Below the pieces are notes generated by a model. It worked only from the letters and a program-made list of their open reading frames with translations. It was not told the DNA's origin and ran no database searches. From Candidatus Komeilibacteria bacterium CG_4_10_14_0_8_um_filter_37_78 (GTDB lineage: Bacteria; Patescibacteriota; Patescibacteriia; UBA1558): a stretch of 32,269 nt of DNA. Position 1 is the first letter of the stretch. Every line of letters begins with the position of its first letter. Made by a program: the position numbers and the translations under genes. The stretch is taken from positions 1-32,269 of the forward strand of contig PFMC01000070.1 of the NCBI GenBank assembly GCA_002785295.1. The letters are read 5' to 3'. Below are positions 9,401 to 17,125 of the stretch, piece by piece.

Positions 9401-10006
9401 GTCAATCAACCAGTAGAAGATATCTATACTAATATTTTTGTTTGGTCATACACTCAAAATGCTTCACCAGGAACTATTAATTTATATAATCAGTTAGTCA
9501 ATAATCTAGAGTTTAATACTAATATACCAAGTCAGGCTACCAAACAAGGGCTGACACGTGATGCCAAGAGGGTAGCAGATTATCGCGAAATTAAGTTAGT
9601 TTTGGGTGATGGCAATTATCCAGCACTTGATTCAGGAAGTTATTTGCAGCACACCTCTGTCTCTACTTGGGATTCATGGCAAAATGCATTAGGAGCGGAA
9701 CTGGGTGTGACTTTGCCGGTTGATCCTCTTAATCAACATGTTAACTGTGATTTGCCAGGCTTTGACCCCATCACTTGTTGGAATCAAACAACAGAAGAGT
9801 ATAGCTGTACTTTAGGCTCTCGCATTTATCGTTATGATTATCTAGCAAATGATTCATATTTGATCAATATGGAATTTGATATTACGAACAGTTTATGGAA
9901 AGGCGACCTTTTTTCAGATATTCCTGATTTCTTTGTTGATCACAATGATTGTGCTGTTGAGCCGATCAATATTCAGGATGATGCCGATAATAGTGATAAT
10001 CAATAA
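3440..10006 (+). CDS. Giant surface protein (2188 aa): signal, T4SS-pilin-like domain, Ig-like domains, 8 IPT/TIG repeats, DUF4215/Myxococcus-type Cys-rich repeats, C-terminal pseudopilin-like segment
   Basis: Same pilin motif as the upstream gene; eight I----P--G--G--VTI-G-NFG repeats; CGDG-----E-CDDGN----DGCS--CQ-E repeats; acidic and Cys-rich; ATGA overlap with the upstream gene. Confidence 0.85.
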   Translation: MIKKINIVALIIVIGIIIIPSLVFGADGFGLNETGEGLGFAPRGADFSIRGLVIGIVKYLIGLIGVAAIVMILYGGVRWMTAGGSPDKVNKAKKIIINAAIGLAICIAAFAIVSFIQYQVTTWIAPGDDDDDDDGDGLSDPIVFIISDWDPEDGEVNLPRNLNIGIDFNQNIDVVSINLNQITLTQTVAGVEEPIDLEIEDLTITNRRIEIRAPGNCDEPNIDYCYDANAVISVVVGANTILSADDGESISCASSEYNCNISISVGELFDTEPPTVQVTYPINGSSFRNGQNFGLEAHTTDNVDVTNVIFYANGFNMNALVVEVQENSWAASWTLSGYQDGNYIWLIARAIDSSGNESLSNFVRIRQIPAHCVDGLQNEDETGLDCGGSCGACEGESCDTNNNENICDPNGDCAAELYCDEVNCLCEVATIITSISSDNGAVGNLVTINGINFGEGEGEIYFNNGQVLVPARIAECNGAWTDTQIIVVVPELLESGDLAVISVYTEGGSGDDTVNSRGWQGVFEVNDILRPGICAVTPPEGRAFSTIVVSGEQFGNTTDVLEVGGFNAAINDWTNTDIEGTIPNINPGTVGVRVLVDGEYSNVLNYTIAADDINPIIAYLNPAAGPVGQYVTIYGDNFGYDENAISITFGGVAADISFPTQCGAWEIDNNEILVKVPSNLALDTVNVVVTRNGYQSDPVNFTVNNDPLLPGLCLLEPNHGLPSSEINIYGEGFSNANGQVFFYNNREAVFDSWNNTTVNTAVVPLEAVTGPVQLENSADVISGNTLNFTVDICTESNTPPDKECCIDGSIADIGQCENNGVPGVTEDTWMFTTGVPFEVTDWTPTCDSACLNAAIQVNFSHSILPSSILNNDCVQIECLSDSCPDIDPTISLAEGNLVINYAGELQADSQYRVIVHTGEYNDGQCVLSAADGWPFVNVNYDTDDDQVADSFAWVFATSDEFCTLERVEVDPEFVEFLYQDNEVAVLAKGYGQPDSCQAEGQLLNAYDYDWDWRSANASLATLTQRNENFDDKIDPIADVYPFFNEATGRTFGDTQIITETTNEEGYQVTNNMDVSVDLDVPIITEIDPITVFLNPEVVTYTTIDGVNFGDPQGSSYVMVGNQIATIAGCQGAWSNNQIVIEVPAGTSTGDKIRVIKARGEDESDDVLGVLEDEDDLTVILCSINPSYGQGNTAITLHGYNFGDTQIDSRVIFNDDEAHYKYATVNLWANERIVGFVPSNIAIRQEPIVVFVNVLDNENGLDVNSNPVNFDIAPHIDYISPNNGPIGQYVTIYGRNFGDQSGIVNLGNTAMTATPDFCGDTWTNNVIVRVVPAGLSLSDYELAVTTSTGLTSNAVNFVLNNNVPGPNLCLLEPDNGDTDDNIVLSGDNFGADSDLIQPLVSGANLCEVDDTSFSNTNISGPITAGVRSGEAVVRKSYIISHECNGFHIGNWCPFGYTDVYGYLFSNSLPFSKLNSSSGGEGCSNLPNTCVPDSNICEEGLICNDSCVCVSDDGSNGQCGDGNIDADEQCENNPPNNIDGDGCSATCQNEFDDLVCGDWIIQVLNSDGVNEECDDGNNIDNDGCSATCQNENDDNIVVPVGASQCGNGTLDGGELCDFDTDGTVLWSDGEPLCTDLGLYQGGSVGCDPSDCSYDTAMCIYGSPSSGVCVNTEASVTFEGFMDSTTFVYGTDDSVQLESFDDEACSAGCLVSATLDFEISGEQPFSFRKLYIMPIDFLDPNTDYQVTLIGGDAGILSIEGNQLDSDFIWSFDTGSSYCTISRVEIAPASYQFNSYNDEQPFIANVYDQNNNSLHGSWIDYVWVENEPNNSNKLDIYGANSKESSISVFNDSISGHTFLNVNVSSEVDGISYGSASDQARIDIVVCDEPVEYTNATYNFRTWYCRDGSGDELLPELDPHESNNLGDNILYDVLYTQDGSVDGIGLRIYTNFYHYDPLLWYQENIDIMGSPAATSIDGYEAIQEGRSTYINAVNQPVEDIYTNIFVWSYTQNASPGTINLYNQLVNNLEFNTNIPSQATKQGLTRDAKRVADYREIKLVLGDGNYPALDSGSYLQHTSVSTWDSWQNALGAELGVTLPVDPLNQHVNCDLPGFDPITCWNQTTEEYSCTLGSRIYRYDYLANDSYLINMEFDITNSLWKGDLFSDIPDFFVDHNDCAVEPINIQDDADNSDNQ

Positions 10007-10017
10007 GTCTTAAGTTT

Positions 10018-13000
10018 ATGAAAAAAAATATTTTAATATTAATAGTTATTCTACTGACAATGGGTTTTTTTAATATTACTAGCCTTCGGGCTGAGACAGT
10101 AGCTGAATGCGTCCAAGATATTGAGAGTAGACAAAATATTGAGCCGTTGAATGAAATCAGTGCTGGCATTACCCCTAAAAATATTTTTTATTTTTTAGAT
10201 GGTTTTGGTGATTGGATCAAGTTGCATTTATTTTCATTTACCACTGATGCTCAGATCAATACCCTACTCGAACAAGCCCAAGAAAGAGTAGCTGAGCTAG
10301 AGTCCTTACAACAGAGCAATGATTTATCTCTACTCCATATTAATACGATTACTGAAAGTTATAATAGCATTATGGATCAGTTGGATCTTGAGGTTCAAGG
10401 TTTAGTTGAGAGCAATAAAGATATTAGTGATATTTTGGCACGAGTAACCAAGCTGAATGCTAAAAACAACTTAATTATTAGCCAACTAATGGTTAGGGTG
10501 GGAGTTAGTAATTTTACTCCTTTAAGCGGTGTTTATAATAGTACTAAAGATAGTTTATGCGCCACGATTGATCTTTGGCAAGATGTCATAACGGAGTGTA
10601 ATGACAGTGCATTTATTTCTCAGAAGCTGTCAGTCTATTATAATGATGCGATCAATGAAATAGCTGATCTGGACGCTTCTCTAGAGCAAATTTCTACGGA
10701 TCAAGCAATGTTGACAGACTATTATGATCAAGTTTCGGGCGTGGTTAATAATATTAATACAGCCACAGCACTGCTCAATAATGTGATTGATAGTGGTTCG
10801 ATTTCGATTACTGATAAAGAAAGCATAATTAGTAGCTTTATCGCTGATGTTAATAGTGATGGTAATTATAGTAATATCAAAAATTCACAGCCAAATAGTG
10901 CAGAACTTGTCGAATATGGTTTGTCTGGAGTTTTGGCTACTGCCAATACTAGTTTGATCAATATTTTAAATCGCTTGGAAGACTTAACAGCAGTAGATAA
11001 TGATCAAGGGTTGGCAAGTTTTGTGGGAGATGTTTTGGCATTACAAAGTGATAGTGCTGAGTCACGTTTGGCTAGTATTCAAAGTCTTAGTGATAATATT
11101 GGTCAGGATCGAGCCAATCTACTTAGTAGTAAAAATAGTTGTCAAGCCTTGCGGAGTAAGTTTTTGAAAATCAGCGACGCCTTGGAAGATAGTAAATTGA
11201 CTAGCGCTACTGTTCTCTTAAACAATTTACAAACAGAGATTGATGATGTTGTTAGTGATTTATTACCTCGTTGTGGAGTGGGTGGACTTGTTGATTTTCT
11301 TTCTGAAGTATTTGCTGAAAGCACTGTTTTGAATAGTGATGGGCAGTGTCAAAGTGAGCAGTATCTACACGAGCTTGGTCAGTGGTCTCGCAATCAGCTA
11401 GCTTACTGGGATGAAACGATTTCTTATGTCGATGATTTAGCTGACAAGGTTGGTGAACAACAGACAGCTTTGGGTGGGTTTATAAATGGTCAACAAACAG
11501 CTGTTAGTATTGCTCAAAACAATGCCGCACAATTGAGTCAACGACCAACTAACAGTTTTAATATTAATGAGTTTTATAGTTTTGACCGTGGTTGGTTGAC
11601 CGATGAAGTGGTTGATTTTCAAGATCAGATGGCTGCTTTAGGAATAGAGATGGCTATTTTACAGGATGATTTACAAAATGCACAGATAATAGTTAATAAT
11701 TTACAGAACAATGTATTGGTTGCGGCGCAAAATAATGTCAATCAATTACAATCCGAATATGACCAATTAACTAGTGCTGTTCAAATATTGACTCAAGATA
11801 TTGTTCAGACACAGGCGCAGGTGGCCATTTCTCAAGCCAGCTTTGAAAATGCGACAGCTGGTGAGGCTAGTAGCGACCATGCAGTGCAGAGTGCATCTAG
11901 CATTGTTACTGCAGCTGAATTGGCTTTAGAAGAGGCGCAGGCCGCTTATGATGCTATGATCAGTAATGATGATCTAAATGTTGCGGTTAAAAATGGCGTG
12001 GATTATTATTATACTACTGCAAAAAGCCCCATCACGAATGGTATTTATTTTGGTGGTTTAGGAAGCTTCATTACTTATTATACTTTTGATCTTCCAAGTA
12101 GTGGCACGTATAATTTTTGGGTAGAAACATTGAATTATCCAGTTGATATGGCAAAAGACGGATATAATATTCCGCTGCGTCTTTACTATACGGCGCAAGA
12201 TACAACACAACTCGTCTACTGGAGCCCTATTATTAATAACCCTGCATCTAATCCAGAGATGCAGATCGCTACTTGGCCTAATAAATCTTTGATTGCTGGA
12301 ACCTATATTTTTAAACTTTATTATGCGGTCGATCGTACCTTACCGACTGAAGTTTCTAGCAAAATAAATATGTTGATCAATCGTGTTGGTATTGATAGTA
12401 CTCAATCTGGTAGACAGATAACGGTTTCAGAATTGGAGAATGCCGTAACTAGTGCCCAAACAGCATTAAATAATGCTCAAACAGCATTAAATAATGCTCA
12501 AAACAATTATGATCAGGCATTACTTGTCTTGGATTCAGCCGAACTTAATTTAGAAGTAGTGCAACAGAGTTTAGCAACTTTACTAGCTGATTTGATGGAG
12601 CAGCAGGAACTAGTGACTACAGCCGAGGAAGAGTTAGAAATTGCACATGCGAATTTGAGCGATCTTGTTGATAATCAGATTCCGGCTGCTCAAGCAGAAG
12701 TGATTAATCTCCAAAATCAAGTAAGTAATTTTGCTGATATTTTAGCTAGTGGTAGTGCTGAAGATATTATCAATCAAGAAATGAAGGCAGATATTATCAA
12801 GCAAGAGATCAACACAATCGTTAATGACAGTTTATCCGGTATTGCTAGTAGCTATCAAGACTTGGTGACTGAACTGTCAACTTATCAAAACACAGTGGCT
12901 GAAACGATCGCTTTGTATAGTGATTTGGCCACGGAGCTAGTCGCTGTGAATCAGTCATTGAACAATAATCAACTCGCTCAAGCTAAACAACAGATCAATA

Positions 13001-13710
13001 ATATTTTATTTAATTCATTGCAGGACTTGAAAACTAGCGAGTATGCAGAGCCAGCTTATTTTATAGGACACAATCTTAATGTCTTACAGTGGTTGATTGA
13101 TATTGATCAGCTTGATTTTGCTCGGCAAGATTTATATTTAGCAGAGGTAAGGGATGCTTTTGTACAATTACGAGAATTGTCATGTCCAGCTGCTCAACAA
13201 TTCTATAACACTGGAGTTAATGGTTTCTGCTCAATATCTATGAATAATAGTTTGTCTGCTGGTTGTGATTATATGACCAATTTGCAAATGTTGATTACTG
13301 AGGCTTGTACTACGGGCAGACAAGATTATTGCGGTGATGGTATAATTGATAGTGGTGAAACATGTGACGATTTCAATGATGTTTCAGGTGATGGTTGTGG
13401 TTCAACTTGTCAAAACGAGATTCTTTATTATTGTGGAGATGGTATCATACAGACACCAAACAGTTTGGGCATCAATGAAGAGTGTGAGAATACACCACCA
13501 AATCAGTTTGACGATGATGGTTGCTCAGCACAGTGTCAAAATGAAAATGAAGCATATTGTGGTGATGGTATTCTGCAGCAACCAAACGATGATGGTTTTA
13601 TGGAGCGTTGCGATGATGGTAATAGATTTGCTAGTGATGGCTGTAATAATCTTTGTGTTATAGAAAGAGGACAAAATAGTGGAATTATTATTAAATCTAT
13701 TAGACCTTAA
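10018..13710 (+). CDS. Large secreted coiled-coil protein: DUF5667-like N-terminus, central beta-sandwich insert, C-terminal DUF4215 Cys-rich repeats
   Basis: Signal peptide; AGITPKNIFYFLDGFGDWIKL...LEQAQERVAEL resembles DUF5667; long Q/A/L/N heptads; three CGDG...DGC...C repeats at the C-terminus. Confidence 0.75.
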   Translation: MKKNILILIVILLTMGFFNITSLRAETVAECVQDIESRQNIEPLNEISAGITPKNIFYFLDGFGDWIKLHLFSFTTDAQINTLLEQAQERVAELESLQQSNDLSLLHINTITESYNSIMDQLDLEVQGLVESNKDISDILARVTKLNAKNNLIISQLMVRVGVSNFTPLSGVYNSTKDSLCATIDLWQDVITECNDSAFISQKLSVYYNDAINEIADLDASLEQISTDQAMLTDYYDQVSGVVNNINTATALLNNVIDSGSISITDKESIISSFIADVNSDGNYSNIKNSQPNSAELVEYGLSGVLATANTSLINILNRLEDLTAVDNDQGLASFVGDVLALQSDSAESRLASIQSLSDNIGQDRANLLSSKNSCQALRSKFLKISDALEDSKLTSATVLLNNLQTEIDDVVSDLLPRCGVGGLVDFLSEVFAESTVLNSDGQCQSEQYLHELGQWSRNQLAYWDETISYVDDLADKVGEQQTALGGFINGQQTAVSIAQNNAAQLSQRPTNSFNINEFYSFDRGWLTDEVVDFQDQMAALGIEMAILQDDLQNAQIIVNNLQNNVLVAAQNNVNQLQSEYDQLTSAVQILTQDIVQTQAQVAISQASFENATAGEASSDHAVQSASSIVTAAELALEEAQAAYDAMISNDDLNVAVKNGVDYYYTTAKSPITNGIYFGGLGSFITYYTFDLPSSGTYNFWVETLNYPVDMAKDGYNIPLRLYYTAQDTTQLVYWSPIINNPASNPEMQIATWPNKSLIAGTYIFKLYYAVDRTLPTEVSSKINMLINRVGIDSTQSGRQITVSELENAVTSAQTALNNAQTALNNAQNNYDQALLVLDSAELNLEVVQQSLATLLADLMEQQELVTTAEEELEIAHANLSDLVDNQIPAAQAEVINLQNQVSNFADILASGSAEDIINQEMKADIIKQEINTIVNDSLSGIASSYQDLVTELSTYQNTVAETIALYSDLATELVAVNQSLNNNQLAQAKQQINNILFNSLQDLKTSEYAEPAYFIGHNLNVLQWLIDIDQLDFARQDLYLAEVRDAFVQLRELSCPAAQQFYNTGVNGFCSISMNNSLSAGCDYMTNLQMLITEACTTGRQDYCGDGIIDSGETCDDFNDVSGDGCGSTCQNEILYYCGDGIIQTPNSLGINEECENTPPNQFDDDGCSAQCQNENEAYCGDGILQQPNDDGFMERCDDGNRFASDGCNNLCVIERGQNSGIIIKSIRP
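12457..12502 (+). repeat. Perfect 21-bp tandem duplication encoding one heptad (QTALNNA)
   Basis: CAAACAGCATTAAATAATGCT at 12457-12477 and 12478-12498, then CAAA. Confidence 0.95.
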
Positions 13711-13733
13711 ATAAAAAATAATTAACAATAACT

Positions 13734-14492
13734 ATGTTTGAAGATTTACAAGCAAAAAAAATAAATGATCCAGCCGCTGCTGGAGGAGCAATACCACCAG
13801 TCAACACACCGCGACCAGCGCCAAGTCTAGACATGGACAAAGAGCCAGAAGATATGTTTGAGGTTATGGATAGTGCTAGTCCTGGAGCACCAAAGATTGT
13901 TATACCACCAACTCCTGGACCAATGCAGGCTAAGCCAGCACAAAGGGATTTGGGGCCAGCAGAGCCTCTCAGCACTTTGCCAGGTGGCAAGGCTACTAAG
14001 GGGGCTAAAAAGGCCAAATTAATTAATTTTAAACTGCTCAGTATCATTGGCAGCATCATTATCATCGCTGTTATTGTTGTTATTGTGGTCGTTTATACAA
14101 TCCCTACTCAGGAGGCTGATTTAGAAAACGATTTGCTATTAAATTCAAACTTAAATCAAAGCGACCCTGCTTTACCAGATTTGGGCGCACCAGTGACAGA
14201 CAGTATCAATGATAGTCAAGATCAGATTGATCAACCTGCTGAGATTATTGATTCTAATATTGATAGTGATGGTGATGGTTTGACTGACAGACAGGAAACA
14301 GTAATTGGTACAGATCCTTTTAATCCAGATAGTGATGGTGATGGTTTGTTTGACAATGAAGAGGTGGTCCTTTATGAGACAGATCCTCTTAATACTGATT
14401 CTGATGGTGATACTTTTCTTGATGGTGATGAAGTGAAGAATGGCTATAACCCAGCCGGTGAAGGAAAACTTTTACAATTACCTGTCGAGTAA
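13734..14492 (+). CDS. Single-pass membrane protein with Pro-rich N-terminus and bacterial TSP3-like Ca-binding repeats
   Basis: Hydrophobic [18 protein letters not shown]; three DSDGD repeats ([10 protein letters not shown]...[14 protein letters not shown]). Confidence 0.8.
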   Translation: MFEDLQAKKINDPAAAGGAIPPVNTPRPAPSLDMDKEPEDMFEVMDSASPGAPKIVIPPTPGPMQAKPAQRDLGPAEPLSTLPGGKATKGAKKAKLINFKLLSIIGSIIIIAVIVVIVVVYTIPTQEADLENDLLLNSNLNQSDPALPDLGAPVTDSINDSQDQIDQPAEIIDSNIDSDGDGLTDRQETVIGTDPFNPDSDGDGLFDNEEVVLYETDPLNTDSDGDTFLDGDEVKNGYNPAGEGKLLQLPVE

Positions 14493-14569
14493 TTAGTTGT
14501 GAAGTTCAGCGATTAGAAATAGTAATTAATCTAAACAAAACTTAAAGGATAATATATTAGATAAGTCGT

Positions 14570-16222
14570 ATGATACCAAATGATAATTTAAGAGATAGTG
14601 AAATAATTGTTAATGGTGTGGATGCAGCAGCAGAGATTGGCATGCCTAGTAGTAGTGATTCTGGCCAGGCAATCAATGATGATTTTTACACTATGCCAAC
14701 TAAATTCAATCAGCCACGAACTAAGAAAATCAGCAAGTCCTTATTGATTATTATTGGTATTATAATAGTTGTTGGTTTATTAATTGCTGGCGCCATTTAT
14801 CTTTTTACTGCTAATATTTATGATCAAGGTAGTGATTTGTTAAACCCAAACTTGGTCAATCCAGGCGTCTTGGACGGTACCCCTAATGGTCTTCTAAACC
14901 CAGGAGAAAATAATAGTGATTATTTAGTAGAAGATCAGGAAGTACCAAAGGAGAGAGATGAGCAGAGGATAGCAGATATAGGAGATCTCCGTTCGGCTTT
15001 GGCTTTGTATTATTATGACAAGTCTGCTTATCCAGACATTTTGACAGATTTGATTAGTAAATATTTAAATGATATTCCGGTTAATCCTAGTCCCGGTGGT
15101 AGTACCTATCTTTATTTACCACAAGATAATAATCAGTCTTATAAACTGACTTTTGCTCTAGAACAGGGTGGGCAAATAGGTGGCTTGAAGTTGGTAGCAG
15201 GGGAGTATCAGGCTGATCCCAATATGATCAAGCCAATTTTAGGTGAGATTGACGATGGTCCAGAAACTACAATTCTACCGATCGATTTAATTGGTGGTTT
15301 GGATAGTGATAATGATACTTTAACGGATATTGAAGAAAATCTTTATAATACTAGCTCCATTTTAGTAGATACTGACGGTGATGGCTATTCAGACGCGGCA
15401 GAATTGGTCAATCTTTATGATCCAGCAATTGGTGGTAGTATACGATTGATTGATTCAGACAAGGTTGAGCAATATATCAACACTACTCAAAATTATTCCA
15501 TTTATTATCCTAGTGATTGGACAGTTATGGCCTTAACTGAGGACAAAACAGAGCTCTTGTTCAATTCCAATACAACAGAATTTATTCAAGTGATCATTAT
15601 TGATAATCCTTTGGGGTTGTCTGCTGAGCAATGGTATCTGCAATATAATCTTAGTGCCACTAAAGCAGATCTGACTGAGATAGTTGTCAATAATACTATT
15701 GGTATTCAAACTAGAGAAGGCTTGAGCACTTATTTCAGTTTGGGTAGCAAAGTCTATGCAGTGATTTATAATATGGGTACCACTAGTCAGTTAAATTATG
15801 AAATTACCTACCAGATGATGTTAAAGAGTTTTAATTTAATTACTATTGGATTAGCAGATCCTTTGGCTTTGCGCGATGCTCAACGATTGAGTGATATTAA
15901 TGCTATTCGTTTGGCATTGCTTAGTTATCAGGTAGACCAACTAGCCCTACCAACAGAGATTGATGATGATGTGGAGACTTATCAAATGATTGGTTCAGCA
16001 ACTGATAGTTGTGTGGTTGCTAGTAGTAGTCGCACAATAGTGGAGCAGTGCGTTGATTTGTATGATTATTTGGTGCCAGAATATTTATCAGATTTTCCCT
16101 ATGATGCACTATTGGGATCCACTAGTAATACTGGATATTATTTGAATCTATTAACAGATGGCACCTTGATTCTGGGAGCGATCCATGCGGAAGTAGAGGA
16201 TGTTTTAGAAGTAAATAATTAA
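14570..16222 (+). CDS. Single-pass membrane protein with two pseudopilin (GspG)-like globular segments, TSP3-like repeats and a central PsbP-like region
   Basis: One TM helix; RDEQRIADI..L.SAL.LYY.D...YP and RDAQRLSDI..I..AL..Y..D...LP motifs; DSDNDTL/DTDGDGYSD repeats; YSIYYPSDW...YQMMLKSF. Confidence 0.7.
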   Translation: MIPNDNLRDSEIIVNGVDAAAEIGMPSSSDSGQAINDDFYTMPTKFNQPRTKKISKSLLIIIGIIIVVGLLIAGAIYLFTANIYDQGSDLLNPNLVNPGVLDGTPNGLLNPGENNSDYLVEDQEVPKERDEQRIADIGDLRSALALYYYDKSAYPDILTDLISKYLNDIPVNPSPGGSTYLYLPQDNNQSYKLTFALEQGGQIGGLKLVAGEYQADPNMIKPILGEIDDGPETTILPIDLIGGLDSDNDTLTDIEENLYNTSSILVDTDGDGYSDAAELVNLYDPAIGGSIRLIDSDKVEQYINTTQNYSIYYPSDWTVMALTEDKTELLFNSNTTEFIQVIIIDNPLGLSAEQWYLQYNLSATKADLTEIVVNNTIGIQTREGLSTYFSLGSKVYAVIYNMGTTSQLNYEITYQMMLKSFNLITIGLADPLALRDAQRLSDINAIRLALLSYQVDQLALPTEIDDDVETYQMIGSATDSCVVASSSRTIVEQCVDLYDYLVPEYLSDFPYDALLGSTSNTGYYLNLLTDGTLILGAIHAEVEDVLEVNN

Positions 16223-16223
16223 C

Positions 16224-16622
16224 ATGGCTATTGAATTAATTGATTTTGATCTATCTACCCAAGAAATGAGGGTTTTAAGAAAGACAGCTGCTCAAGCTGT
16301 TATTTCTTTGCGTTTAAAGGATATTGAGATTAGTATTATTAGTATTATTAGTCAGCGTATTAAAAATCTCAATAAGCTATATCGTCAGCAGGACGTGGTA
16401 ACAGATGTTTTGTCTTTTCGTTATGAGGATGAGGGGGAGATCTTTATTTGCTTACCGCAAACAAAGCGTCAAGCTAAAGAGAATAAAGTCACGCTTAGAG
16501 AAGAGCTACAGAAATTGATAGTTCATGGCATGGCTCACTTGGCTGGCTATGACCACATCAAGACAAGAGATTTCCAAGAAATGAAAAAGATCGAAGATAG
16601 AATTCTTAACAAAGTTAAATAG
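16224..16622 (+). CDS. ybeY: rRNA maturation endoribonuclease YbeY
   Basis: LN--YR--D--TDVLSF, GEIFIC and HGMAHLAGYDH metal motif. Confidence 0.95.
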   Translation: MAIELIDFDLSTQEMRVLRKTAAQAVISLRLKDIEISIISIISQRIKNLNKLYRQQDVVTDVLSFRYEDEGEIFICLPQTKRQAKENKVTLREELQKLIVHGMAHLAGYDHIKTRDFQEMKKIEDRILNKVK

Positions 16623-16682
16623 TTGATTGGTTGGTGGGATCAGATAATTAACTAATAACTACAAAACTAAAAACATAAAGAT

Positions 16683-17036
16683 ATGTGTTTAAAGAAATTT
16701 AGCAAAAGTTTGTTCAGGGCCTTAAAGGGTTTACGCCAAGTTTGGCATGATGAAAACAATTTCCGTATTGAAATTGTTATTGCTATAATGGTGATAGTTT
16801 TAATGTTTTATTGGCAACTCCCTATTTTGGAAAAGATTAGCTTAATCAGCATGATCGCCTTGGTCTTGTCTCTAGAAGTTTTAAATACGGCTATTGAAAG
16901 GATAATGGACATTTTAAAGCCCAAGATTCATGACTATGTCGGGACAATCAAAGATATGGTAGCAGCAGCAGTGCTGATTGCCAGCTTAGCGGCTTTGATT
17001 ATTGGTCTGATTATTTTTTATCCATATTTATTTTAA
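16683..17036 (+). CDS. dgkA: Diacylglycerol/undecaprenol kinase (DgkA family)
   Basis: ENNFRI, EVLNTAIE, KDMVAAAVL motifs; three TM helices; follows ybeY. Confidence 0.92.
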   Translation: MCLKKFSKSLFRALKGLRQVWHDENNFRIEIVIAIMVIVLMFYWQLPILEKISLISMIALVLSLEVLNTAIERIMDILKPKIHDYVGTIKDMVAAAVLIASLAALIIGLIIFYPYLF

Positions 17037-17072
17037 GAACAAATTAATTGTTCAGCAGAAATATTATTTTAT

Positions 17073-17101
17073 TTGGCAGAAACCCTATATTTTGTTATAA
17101 T
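17073..17101 (+). promoter_or_regulatory. Putative sigma70 promoter for ftsA-ftsZ-nrdR
   Basis: TTGGCA (17073-78), 17 nt, TG-T-TATAAT (17096-101). Confidence 0.65.
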
Positions 17102-17125
17102 TTTTATAATAAAATAAAGTAGCTT

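Noticed and set aside
1113-10006. Conjugative element suggested by VirB2-like pilins
   Set aside because: No VirB4, coupling protein, relaxase or integrase in the window; the cluster sits among housekeeping genes.
1869-14065. Many short antisense and alternate-frame ORFs inside the large genes
   Set aside because: Shadow ORFs of long coding regions with no recognisable motifs.
16329-16352. 9-bp tandem repeat ATTAGTATT in ybeY
   Set aside because: In frame, low complexity, and motif spacing looks normal for YbeY.
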